Of a stretch of 64,000 nt of DNA, positions 51,164-62,910 are shown one piece after another. The notes under the pieces were generated by a model that made no database searches, was not told the origin of the DNA, and saw only the letters and a list, made by a program, of their open reading frames with translations. The DNA comes from Octopus bimaculoides (lineage: Eukaryota): contig NC_068992.1 in NCBI RefSeq assembly GCF_001194135.2, positions 2,281,688 through 2,345,687 of the forward strand. Reading direction: 5' to 3'. Positions within the stretch are counted from its first letter, which is position 1. The number at the start of each line of letters is the position of its first letter. Position numbers and translations under genes: made by a program.

Positions 51164-52221
51164 GGTTGGATGGGTGGATGCATATATGTATGTACTGGTG
51201 CATTTATTTTGAAGGAAGAGTGTATTAAATTGTGTCTGCCTATAAGCGTTCTACACCTTTTGTACTCTCCCAGAGTCACCTTGAGAAGTGTGGTATTGTC
51301 TAACCTCCAAAGATATAATGGATGAATGACTTTTGTTTTCGGACTGATTGGTTAGTGATTGTTACTCATTGTTAAACAGTTTACAAATATAACCTTAGCT
51401 GGCCAAAAACAACTTGAATTTAGAGGTTAGATGTGCAAATATAGCTTTTCCTTTCAGGCGTTGGTCATTCTTTCGAAGAAAATCTTCCACAAATACAACA
51501 CAAGGCTAACGTGTAATTATTTACTTGAAGCTGGCAAATAAAACAAGCTGAGACAGGATGCTGCATCCTTCAAAGTAAATATATTGGTTAGGATTGTTGA
51601 ATAATGCGTTCCTACAGCTTTGCTGTATTTAAAACTGGATACAGAATAGCATATATGAACACCTAACCGTGACTGCGTGGGTGAGACTATGTGAGAGAGA
51701 GGAAGAAGAGAAGGAGATTGATTGAGAGAATGGGAGAGAGAGAGAGATTGTATGATAAAGAGGGAGGCATGAAGAAGGAGACAGAAAGGGAAGCTGCATA
51801 ATGCGATGCAAAGGTGTAAAGGCTGTGGACGGCTCAGTACTGCTTGGGCTGCAATAGGCTCCGACAAGAGCGAATCACTGAAGCTAACCGCTTCTTTTCT
51901 ACATACAACATGAAGGATGTCACTCAATTCTGCACAGACATAGCTTCAGTAACCCAGATATGCGCACATAAATTATGATACTCACACACACATACATACA
52001 CACATGTAAACGTATACATACATACGTACATACATTACATGCATACACATAAATTCGTTTGTATGTGTACATATATGTATGTGTGTGTGTGTGTCTGTGT
52101 ATAAATATGTACAAATATACATCCTTCTCTCCCCTCTCACTATCAATATAGGTACATAGACACACACGGGTACACACACACAAGCACACACACATACATG
52201 TTTTATCTATACGCATCTTTC

Positions 52222-52259
<38 letters not shown>

Positions 52260-52338
52260 NNNNNNNNNNNNNNNNNNNNNNNNNNNNNNNNNNNNNNNNN
52301 NNNTATACACATACATGCGCACGTATGTACATATATAT

Positions 52339-52399
<61 letters not shown>

Positions 52400-52910
52400 T
52401 TAATTCCGAGGGTCATACTCCCACGTGTGTAATTTAGCAGCGCATAAAGGCAGCAGTAATTAGGCAGGATGACATTCCGTGAGGTTTCAGCCTACATTAA
52501 AGGGATTGATTTTAATTTCCAATTCCTATTTGCACCCATGTGCATAATAACCATTACTCTACTGGAACTATTTGCTTCCCTATTGCCGTTGTAGACGACA
52601 CCTTCACTTTTCTTCCTCAATACAAGCCAAGTCATGCACTTTTACGCTTGCAATTGCTTATCCTATCGACAGCTTCATTATGATTAGGCAACCGATTCCC
52701 GCTAGAATATATATGGCCAATGGCTTTAGCCTCGTGGTTGACTCGTCAGACTCTAAAGCCGAAGATAAATGTAATTCTTCAACTCTAGAACGCAGGAACC
52801 CATTACGGTCAGTTGGTCATCAAAGAATAGTCTGGGATCAGTGAAGACAGGTTAACTCCCTTGGGTCAGTTTTTTTGTGGATGAAAAGAGGGAGAATAAA
52901 GATATATATA

Positions 52911-53306
52911 TTCTTTTATTATTTTATTTGCTACAGGCATTTGACTGCTGCCATNNNNNNNNNNNNNNNNNNNNNNNNNNNNNNNNNNNNNNNNNNNNNN
53001 NNNNNNNNNNNNNNNNNNNNNNNNNNNNNNNNNNNNNNNNNNNNNNNNNNNNNNNNNNNNNNNNNNNNNNNNNNNNNNNNNNNNNNNNNNNNNNNNNNNN
53101 NNNNNNNNNNTATATATGTATATATATATATACGACGGCTTCTTTCAGTTTCCATCTACCAAATCCACTCACAAGGTTTCTACTATAGCCTCGGTCGGCC
53201 CGAGGCTATAGTAGAAGACACTTGCCCAAAGTGCCTCGCAGTGGGACTGAACACAGAATCATGTGGTTGGTAAGCAAGCTACTTACCACACAGCGCTCCT
53301 GCGCCT
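52911..53306 (-). mobile_element. SINE family C copy spanning a gap, carrying a 17-bp perfect inverted repeat
   Basis: 3' end GCATTTGACTGCTGCCAT before gap 52955-53110; 5' half after it; hairpin at 53178-53216. Confidence 0.9.
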
Positions 53307-54131
53307 ATACGTATCAAACAGATGTTCGACATTGTGTTTTGATATGTTATTTCTTCAGGGGTTAAATGGAGTGATCTGCAGGATTAGTTTTAATCCAGAT
53401 TTGCGATTTCCTCCATGACTCTGCACCTTCATTAAATGTCCAGAGGCGGACATTGCTTAGAAATTAACTTAGTTTTAAGGCTTTACTTAGACTGACCAAA
53501 TCAATTTTGGGAACAAGTCTCATGCGTAAGCTATTGGTTTATTAACGTATATCGAGTAGAAGTTTAGATAAAACTAGTTAAAACCAGTAATGTACACTGT
53601 CACCGACAGACAAGCAGAAGATACCGCAGTCCAAATTTCCTTGATATGATGCTTTTTCATCTTAAATTAATGTTAATTATAATAATATTTAATATGATTT
53701 ACAGTAGAAATAGTATCCGTTGCGTTGTTATTTATTAATATTCTTTGAGTTTAATTCCCATCGTAAATATCGAACCAAGATCTAATACGTTGCTATGTTC
53801 AAGATTTCTTCTCATAGCTTTTGCTACAATTACTGACTGGCTGGCGTCGAAGTATCTGTGAAGCAGACTGTGGAGATATTTGAAAATGAAGTTATATAAA
53901 TTTAACTTATTTGCAAAGGAAGTTATTCCAAAGTTAGCATGGTGTCCTTTGTAAGACAGTTTCCAGACAAACGATAGACAATTTGATGTCATTTCCAATC
54001 TCAAATTGTATTTGTAACAACAGTTCTTGAATCAAAGTTTTAAGAGTCGCATTATTAGTTTTATTATTATTATTATCATCATCATCATCATCATTATTAT
54101 TATTTCTCCGTAGGGACTAGTAATTTTCGAA

Positions 54132-54349
54132 AAGGCCGTGAGCTGGCAGAATCGTTAACACACCGGGCGAAATGCTTAGCGATATTTCGTCTGCCGTTAC
54201 TTTCTAAGTTCAAATTTCGCTGAGGTCAACTTTGTCTTTCATCTTTTCGGGGTCGATATATTAAGTACCAATGAAACACTGTGGTCGATGTAATCGACTA
54301 GTCCCCTTTCCCCAAAATTCCAGGCCTGTGCCTACAGTAGAAAGGATTC
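54132..54349 (+). mobile_element. SINE family B copy
   Basis: GAGCTGGCAGAATCGTTA..CCGGGCGAAATGCTTAGC..TTTCGGGGTCGATA..GGCCTGTGCCTACAGTAGAAAGG. Confidence 0.92.
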
Positions 54350-54689
54350 TCGTTATTATTGTTGTTATTCTGAAAGACTTTCGGGTAGTTCTTAATTACT
54401 AGTTATTCTTTACTTGAAAGCAGGCAATAACAAATCGCCAAATGTTTCGAGTAGTGCCTTCTGTGATTCAAAGAGACAATACTCTCCTTAGAATGCGAGC
54501 TGTACCCAACATTGTTGTCTTCTGGATCACCTCAAGTCTGACAGTAGCTCCAATATTCGTAATGTTTTTCAAAACCCATGGAGATTGCTCCTAATGCTCC
54601 AATTACCACCGGTATCACCATTACTTTCCTCATGCCCCATAACTTTCTTATCTCGTCCAGAAGTGGCTGGTATTTATTATTATCATTGT

Positions 54690-55200
54690 TGTTCTCGTTG
54701 TTGTTATTATTATTATTTATTCATGCACATTTTTTCAGTTTATCTTGCTTTCGATATTCAGTATATCACCATTACGCACTAGAATCGCACTTATTACAGC
54801 AGCAGCAGCAGCAGCAGCAGTGGCAACCATGTCAACCAAATCAATCTCTTTATTATTATCCTCTCCTTCCCACATCAACCTTGTTTTTCATTCCCCTGGG
54901 ATCGATCAGATAAAAGTACCGCCAAATTCCTGCTCCCCTTCTCCCTAATATTACTGACCTTGTACCTGTATCAGAAACCGTTCTTTTCAAACTGGCATCC
55001 AGCGTTGCGAATCTTCGTAATGTCAACATCAGTTCTTCTTACAAATAGCTTTGTAACAATATTGACGGCAACGACGTCGTCGTCATCATCATCATCAGCA
55101 ACATCACCACAGTTACCGCCACCGCTACCACTAACAAGACCACCACCATCGTCACCACCATCATCATCATCATCTTTCTATTCCTCTTGTTCTTCTTCTC
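54690..55200. repeat. Patchy trinucleotide tracts (TTG/TTA/CAG/CAT/CAC)
   Basis: Runs such as (CAG)8 at about 54798-54821 and (CAT/CAC)n; ORFs here are low-complexity. Confidence 0.75.
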
Positions 55201-56399
55201 TTCTTCGATAACTGCAGTATCTCCATTATTACGTTATTCACAACAACAAAAAATCAAACTGAAAATATTAAAGAAAGGTACAAATAAAAAGGCGGCAAAG
55301 AGAAATTTAAAGATCGTCTGCTTTGTTGAAACACGTCTATAGGGTGAGGCGGTGGGGGCTATCTATGTCGACTTAACACATTGTCGCATTCACAATATTT
55401 TTTTTTTTTGCATGCTTAACGATGTAACAAATAAAAAATATATATAACAACTAAATGAGAAGTAAATAAATAATATATATATATTACAAATAAAGAAGTA
55501 TAAAAACAAATATATATATATATATGAGACAAGAAACAGAATGCAAATACAAAAAATAGCAAATATAAGAACTAAGAAAATATAAGAGAAATCAACGCGT
55601 AAAAGAACCCGCAACAAAACGAAACGGAAGAAAAAGAGAAAATAAATAAAAATTCCAAATCGTTGGCAACGATTTCATACAAGAATCCGGACAAGATACA
55701 AATAGAATAACTCCAGTTTTGGCGTCAAACACACCATGAAATCTGTGTTGTTTGTTCCTTTCCGCCATTTTAATTACAACTACTAAATGCATTCCAGTTT
55801 GTATTAAAGCGCCGTCTGTCTGTACAGTTTTCATTTTTATCTTCGTTTACCACGCGATCTTTCTTCAAAGCAATTTCTCCGTTCACTTGTTCTAATGTCT
55901 TGCGATGTTGTGATGTTGTTCCGTGCAGTTATTAACTACATTTCAAACATTAGCTTTCATTATGATTGTTGTCTTATCGAGTTTATTTCATTATTTATAT
56001 ATATATTTCTTTATTTCATTATGGGAAGCCACTACAACCATACAGACAAACCTACACACACTGACTTCCAAATAACTGCAGCCACTTAAATAGATATAAA
56101 TTAATTTGATCTTTATTATTATTTATTTTATATATCTACATCGTGTTTACTGCATGTGTATACTGTTCCTTAATTGCAAATAACCGCTACCATTTCTTCA
56201 CGACTTTTCTTTTTTATACACGCATGCATATAAATATGCACAAACATAAATACACACACACATACATCTAGCGAGAGAGAGAGAGAGAGAGAGAAGGTGG
56301 AGAAGAAGAATGAGATGTAAAGTAAACTTACGAGTATGTGTACCGGTATGCACATATATAAAGCATCTGATATACTACACTATGCAACAGAAAATATTC

Positions 56400-56612
56400 C
56401 TTTCTTTTCTAAGCAGAAGGCCCGAAATTTTTGGGGAGGGGGCCAGTCGATTAGATCGACCCCAGTACGCAACTGGTATTTGATTTATCGACCCCGAAAT
56501 GATGAAAGGCAAAATCGACCTCTGTGGAATTTGAACTCAGAACGTAAAGATAGGCGAAATACTGCTAAGCATTTTGCCCGGCATGCTAACTTTTCTGCCA
56601 TCTCGCCGCCTT
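56400..56612 (-). mobile_element. SINE family B copy
   Basis: GGCCCGAAATTTTTGGGGAGGGGGCCAGTCGATTAGATCGACCCCAGTACGCAACTGG..TCTGCCATCTCGCCGCCTT. Confidence 0.93.
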
Positions 56613-56648
56613 TTTATCAAAGAGATATTAAGCAAGCAAGAATTTACA

Positions 56649-56687
<39 letters not shown>

Positions 56688-56885
56688 TTGTTTCACTCAT
56701 GTGACTGAGGCCATGTCGAGTATTGGGGTTTACTGCCTTCCACTACTTGATCATTTTTGTTTTTTATAGGTCTGATATTTATCTTATTGCTCCTTGTTAC
56801 TGAGCTGCTAAGCTGCAGGGAGATAATCAGACCAACACCGGACATCATGCGGTGGTGCGAAACAAACACAAAGACAGACACGCCA
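56688..56885 (-). mobile_element. Degraded 3' half of SINE family C
   Basis: TTGTTTCACTCATGTGACTGAGGCCATG..CCAACACCGG..GCGGTGGTG matches the reverse complement of the family C tail. Confidence 0.6.
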
Positions 56886-57141
56886 CACACTCACATATAC
56901 AGACACACAAACACGCACACACGTACTTGTGTGAATGAAGCAAACCTCGCTGTCCGTTATAACAAAGAATCGACAGACATTCTTCTATAGTTTTATGTTT
57001 TGTATTATAATAATTTATTTTAGGAGAAGGATGAGATAAATTGTTTTACTGTACGGCTTGTCTTGTTTACTCATTTAATCATTTTACCGGGCTTCTACGC
57101 TCCGCAGTGATTTGCACATACACACAAACATTAGGTGTGTA

Positions 57142-57801
57142 TGTGTGTGAGTGTGTGTGTGTGTGTGTAAAAGAGAGTGAGAGTTGGCGGGGAATAAATT
57201 TAGATATCAATCATCTTGGCTACTCTTCTTTCCTTCAGATGATATTGAACTGTATACATGCAAAGGGAGGAGATGGAGAGATAGATAGATATAGATAGGC
57301 AGATAAATAGAGAGAGAGAGAGAGAGAGAAGCAGATAGATAGGCAGATAGATAGATAGATAGATAGATCATGAAAAGAATACATGAAAATTGTGGTAAAC
57401 ACAATGCGTGATAGATAGATAGATAGATATCACATGTAATGGTTTCAAATTTTGGCACAAGGCCAACAATTTTAGGGCAGGGACAAATTGACTACATCAA
57501 CCACAGTGTTCAACTGGTACTTATTTTATCGACCTCGAAAGGATGAAAGGCAAAGTCAACCTTGGCGGAACTTGAACTCAGAACGTAGCGACGGGCGAAA
57601 TACCGCTGAACATTTTGTCCAGCGTGCAAACGATTCTGCCAGCTCTCCATCTTAATAATGATAATAATAATAATAATAATAATTATTATTATTATTATTA
57701 TTATTATAACAACAACAGTTATGATGATGATTGTAGTTGTTGTGTGAGTGTGTGTGTAAAAGAGAGAGAGAGAGTTGGCGGGGAATAAACTTAGATATCA
57801 A
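57142..57801 (+). repeat. Direct repeat of about 60 bp (57142-57210 and 57741-57801)
   Basis: Both copies read TGTGTGAGTGTG..TAAAAGAGAG..GAGTTGGCGGGGAATAAA(T/C)TTAGATATCAA. Confidence 0.88.
57441..57653 (-). mobile_element. SINE family B copy
   Basis: TTTGGCACAAGGCC..ACTGGTACTTATTTTATCGACCTCGAAAGGATGAAAGGCAAAGTC..CGATTCTGCCAGCTC. Confidence 0.92.
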
Positions 57802-58729
57802 CGTAAGATGTTAAGCTGTTGTAGTATTCCTTTACATCCGTTTGAATTCTGTGTTCAATTCCCACCGCATTCGTCTCCTCTAATAACATCAGCCCAGTAA
57901 CGTGAGAAGAGCTAATCCCCAACAAAAATACGTAGCCTTGTTCTTATGCCAGAAATCCTTATTTATTATGAATGCGGAGAAGGACGGGAAAGAGGGAGAA
58001 ATGTATACGCACAAACAGCTTGATATCAGTGTTCACAACACACATTTACATACATACATCCATGCAGAACTGCATAAGATTGCTCTGCAAGTAATTATAC
58101 TCACTGATAATACCGCCATATTTGATATCCTTCTCCTAAACGGTACCTTATATTTCATCTGTACGCTACAGAATCACCTCGTTACACAGCCTGCGTAAAA
58201 AATTGCGCTGCCTCTGATTAGCTGAAAAGCTTCAAAACACGATACCTAATGGTTACATAAATATGAATCCCCTTTCCGCTCATCTGTTAACAGTCGTACA
58301 TGAGTTCTCTCTGCTTATAAATAACACATCATTAAAACCCTGAACCACACAATAAAATAAATTCTAGCTCTCGCCCAATCTCTGATGCTCGTTCTTGTGA
58401 AGAACCGTCAAATATAACATTGCCAAAATTACAAAATACCAGACGTCTGATTCAAGGTCAGAGAATAAGAGAATACGTTCGCTGTGATCGTTTAGTGCCA
58501 TTCTGTAGTCTTTATATTCGGTCCGTTATTAACTATATGAGTGTGCGTGTGTCTATGTGTGTGTGTTTTGAGGAGGGACATCAAAAGACATGACCACTGA
58601 ATGCCCTATCAATTTTCAGGCTCGAAGCAACGGCTAAGATGAATTGATTTGATATTTAGTTTGAATTATTGCAGGTTATTTTAATTTTGGATGACATGTG
58701 GAGGGTGTACCAACCAGCTCCACTAATCA

Positions 58730-59200
58730 CGCTGTCTCGCACCACCACCAACACCGCGACTACCATCAACCTTTATATCAAGAGCGGACTACTCCATCTT
58801 CATAATTATCACATCATCGTGGTCGTCATCGTCGTCATCATCGTCACCACCATCATCGTCGTCGTCGTCACCTTCGTTTTCGCCACATCATTATCAGGCC
58901 CACCCATCCTGTTCACCGAACCCGACCAACGCCAATAAAACCACAACTGTCAACACGGAAATCTCCTTAATCACAACCACAACGAACTCACCAAAAACAA
59001 TAAAACACCAACACCGATCCAATAGCCCTCTGACCAAATCTATTATCAAGATCACTATCCTCATTAACACCATCATCACCACCAACATCATTATCACCGT
59101 CACCACCATCATCATCAAATGCATCTTCATCATCCATGCAGTTGTTATAACGATCATCATGAGCATCATCGTCACTCGGGCCGCCGCCGCTGTTGTTGTC
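58730..59200. repeat. Cryptic (CAT/CAC/CGT)n trinucleotide field
   Basis: About 470 bp of degenerate triplets giving poly-V/I/D/M ORFs on both strands. Confidence 0.8.
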
Positions 59201-59848
59201 AGCAATGGCAAGCGCCTGCATGCGTATGTAAAACCTTATCTGTCTATCTGAGAAGTCACGCAGAATGTCGCCCAAGGAACGATTGAGAAATAATCAAGCC
59301 ATCCTTCTGATATCATCACCACATTACAAGTAATTATTTACCAAGGTGATATCTCATATTCTAATTAAGAAATTAGAAGAAACACGCTTTAGCGTAAATT
59401 AATTAATTACCTCATTTTCCAATACCCGCTTCTTCCTACACTTCCACCTTCCTTTCCTTCACCCCCTCCTTTATCCTCTCTCTCTTTCTCTCTTTCTCTC
59501 TCTCTCTCTCCTTTCTTTCTCTCTCACTCTGAAACACACACACTCAAATGCATATAAGTTATACATGTCTATCTATCTATATATATATATANNNNNNNNN
59601 NNNNNNNNNNNNNNNNNNNNNNNNNNNNNNNNNNNNNNNNNNNNNNNNNNNNNNNNNNNNNNNNNNNNNNNNNNNNNNNNNNNNNNNNNNNNNNNNNNNN
59701 NATATTTGTGTGTGTGTGTGTGTGTGTAAGAGAGAGCGTGTATCCATCTATATATCTATATATATCTATATATATTCATTTTAGTTTCTCTCTGTATCTG
59801 TCTGTCTCTCTATCTTTCTCTCTCTCAGTCTTTCTCACTCACTCTCTT

Positions 59849-59879
<31 letters not shown>

Positions 59880-60300
59880 TTCTCTAGCCCTCTTCCTCCC
59901 TCTTACTCTTTCTGCAATACATGTTTACATTCTAATCGTTAACACAATTGCTGTTACTTTAAAGACGCGATGGAAGGTCCATTTGATAGAACAGTTGATG
60001 AAATCCCTTGTAGTATATTCCAAGGTCCTTTTAGTTTCCACATCTCGAATTCAAATCATGGGAATTAACCATTTCGAATGAAATAAAAACTATTTAATCA
60101 TTGCTTTCAAACCAGGTGAAACTTTTCGGTAACCCCTCACAACATCACGGTTCACCCATCGTGGTTTATTATTTAAGCTTACGTTGATTCCTCCGTGGTG
60201 TTGATCTGCAAGTGGTGACACTTATTTACTGATCATGCTTCAAAAACCTTACGGCAGACTCTTACAGTTACAAGCAATAATGATTTTTGTAGGTGTTTTA

Positions 60301-60447
60301 TTCGTTTCCGTCTACCAAATCCACTCACAAGGCTTTGGTTAGCCTGAGGCTATAGCAGAAGACACTTGCCCAAGGTGCCACGCAGTGGGACTGACCCTGA
60401 CACCTTGTGGTTGGTAAGCAAACTTCTTACCACATAGCCACGCCTGC
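60301..60447 (-). mobile_element. SINE family C, 5' part
   Basis: CCGTCTACCAAATCCACTCACAAGGCTTTGG..GAAGACACTTGCCCAAGGTGCCACGCAGTGGGACTGA..CCACGCCTGC. Confidence 0.92.
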
Positions 60448-61039
60448 AGCCATATAAACTGTTTAATGTATTAGTGTTTATTTTCCCACCAAAGGAAGTA
60501 TATGTCTTGGTCTTGTTTTAAATAATTCTTCCGTGTCTGCACAGAACCAATACAGCAATTATCTAAATTATAAGAATTTCGACAGCTATGAGCCTTCTGG
60601 CACTTCTTAACTTGCTTTGGGACTTGGCGAATTCACAATGGCCCAGACCATTTAGTTGTAAATATGATAGCTGAAGGTGTCGTGGGCGACTTCAGTAACG
60701 AACCAATCGAAATGCGGTTGATGTGTTGATTTGCTTGCAATATTCTGCTGGAATCTATCCATGAACAAAACCTGACATAGTCTGGTGTACTTGAAATTAC
60801 TCTGATCCGTTGAGCATCGACATAATCACCATACTCCCCAGTACACAGCCACTTCTTCCTATCAAAATTTAAGTGAAAAGTTAAATACATCTAATCAGAT
60901 ATTTCCTGAATTTATATTATTTTATTTAAAAGCAAAATGCCTTGCAGTATTTCTTCCGGGTTCGTAAATTTTGAGCTCAAATCCTTGCGTTGTTGATTAA
61001 ATACACACTCTCTTAATCCTTTCCCCTTACATTCATGCC

Positions 61040-61390
61040 CATGTTAGAAACAAGATATATCTTCCGAAACATTACGTATTCCGTTCAGTCCCCGCTGGAG
61101 GTAACATTATCTTTCATCTCACAGGGTCGATAAAATAGAGAAACAGTCGGGAACAGGACTTGTTTCGACTACTTCGACCATTCCAACCCTTAAAAATAAT
61201 TTCTGGAAAAGTCTTGAGAGCATCGGAAAAAATTGGTTCGTGACAATAGTTCGGGCTCTTTACGTTTTGAGTTCAAATTCCGCCGAAATCACCTTTACCT
61301 TTCGTCACTCTGTGGTTGATGAAGTAACAACGAACTATTGGGGTTAATGGTAAACGGCTACTTCCCCTCTCCTGCTATTGTGCCTAATTC
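61040..61390 (+). mobile_element. Two old degraded SINE family B fragments
   Basis: CTTTCATCTCACAGGGTCGATAAAA at about 61090 and CTTTACGTTTTGAGTTCAAATTCCGCCGAA at about 61258. Confidence 0.55.
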
Positions 61391-61610
61391 AGGAACCGTA
61401 ATCGTTACTGGCGGATTTAGGCACAACTCCTAACTAACATCACAATTAGCAGCAGTAGTAGTAGTAGTAATAATAGTAGCAGCAGCATTTTATGTCGAAA
61501 TGTATGGAAAACTTCGAAATATTTCGTTAAAAAGTTAAATCTTATTACGATTTATTTGACGAAGGAATTCTTTCAATCTTGCTTTCTTTTGTTCTATTTT
61601 GTAATCCAAG

Positions 61611-61743
61611 AGTTTCTGGAGAATTTGGACGTCTATTCCAGTAGCTGAAATAATTTAAGCGTTTATATAATTTTTCGAAGATTTTGGTTTATTAGTAATT
61701 AAATACGACTTCTGAGGAAGTAGGAAAAATGCCAACGAATAAG
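61611..61743 (+). CDS. Candidate 133-nt exon with 5' UTR and start codon (MPTNK, phase 0)
   Basis: tcttgctttctttttgttctattttgtaatccaag acceptor at 61610; all three frames closed upstream; GAAAA ATG CCA ACG AAT AAG | GTAAGC donor at 61744. No homology recognised. Confidence 0.3.
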
Positions 61744-62124
61744 GTAAGCACACTCCGCAACCCCAAGAATTTTGATATAAATTGTAAAACCAAAAATATA
61801 GATTTCCAAAACCAGGCAAAACGAAAAACAATAATTTGTGAAAGTATTTGCTATGTTTGTACGTTTAAACGAGTCGGCATAACAGACTGTTTAGCAAATG
61901 GAAAATTAGAAGAAAAAGAATCAGCGATAGTTTTAATAACGATAGCAGCAACAGTAACGCGGTTTTGCAAGTGTAGCTAATTAGAGGAAAATGCTCGATG
62001 TTAGTTGGTAGTCGGGAAAGGGAAATAGATGGAAGAGTCATGTTAGGGGAGAACAGTATGTTGCAAGTGGAGGAGAACAACCTTGCCTGGTCTATTTCCA
62101 CGTACAATATTATATCTTCCGATT

Positions 62125-62411
62125 AAGGTGGCGAGCTGGTAGAATCGTTAGCACGTTGGGTGAAATGCTTACCGGTATTTCGTCTGCCATTACATTCTGA
62201 ATTCAAACTTTCGGGGTCGATTAAATAAGTACCAGTTACGCACTGGGGTCGATGTAATCGATTTTAACCCTTTGTTTGTCCTTGTCTGTCCCCTCTATGT
62301 TTAGCCCCCTGTGGGCAATAAAGAAATTATCATATATTCCGATTAAGGTGGCGAGCTGATAGACTCGTTAGTACGCTGTGAAATGCTTAGCGGCATTTCG
62401 TTTCTGCCACT
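62125..62411 (+). mobile_element. SINE family B head with alternative tail (62125-62331) followed by a second truncated head (62345-62411)
   Basis: AAGGTGGCGAGCTG at 62125 and 62345; first copy ends TTTAGCCCCCTGTGGGCAATAAAGAAAT; 13-bp duplication ATAT(C/A)TTCCGATT precedes both heads. Confidence 0.9.
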
Positions 62412-62764
62412 TCAACCATAGTATCAATATGGTTCAATCCGGGACTTATTTTGTCAATTACTATTTGTTATACAACCGATTAACACCAATTGTGTAGCAG
62501 TACCGTGTAANNNNNNNNNNNNNNNNNNNNNNNNNNNNNNNNNNNNNNNNNNNNNNNNNNNNNNNNNNNNNNNNNNNNNNNNNNNNNNNNNNNNNNNNNN
62601 NNNNNNNNNNNNNNNNNNNNNNNNNNNNNNNNNNNNNNNNNNNNNNNNNNNNNNNNNNNNNNNNNNNNNNNNNNNNNNNNNNNNNNNNNNNNNNNNNNNN
62701 NNNNNNNNNNNNNNNNNNNNNNNNNNTGTATGTGTGTGTGTGTGTGCATATATACATATACAGT

Positions 62765-62910
62765 GCGCTGGGCTTCCATACAGTTTCTGTCTACCAAATT
62801 TCATTAACAGTTAAGGCTATAATAGAAACCGCTTCCTCTAGGTATCGCGTAGTCCGATTGAAACCGAGTCTGAACGCTCCAAACGAGACTTGTTAACAAC
62901 CCAGGGCTGC
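62765..62910 (-). mobile_element. Old degraded SINE family C 5' part
   Basis: CAGTTTCTGTCTACCAAAT..AAGGCTATAATAGAA..TGTTAACAACCCAG aligns loosely with family C. Confidence 0.55.

Noticed and set aside
52720-52800. tRNA-Gln-like anticodon arm with CTA anticodon (suppressor-like)
   Set aside because: No B-box/T-arm and no acceptor stem; at most a decayed tRNA-derived head.
58894-59275. Acidic D/G-rich and M/V-rich ORFs on the minus strand
   Set aside because: Produced by a degenerate trinucleotide field; no splice framework or recognisable domain.
60805-60862. 58-nt minus-strand exon candidate within ORF 60633..60890
   Set aside because: Moderate splice signals only and no recognisable peptide in either open frame.
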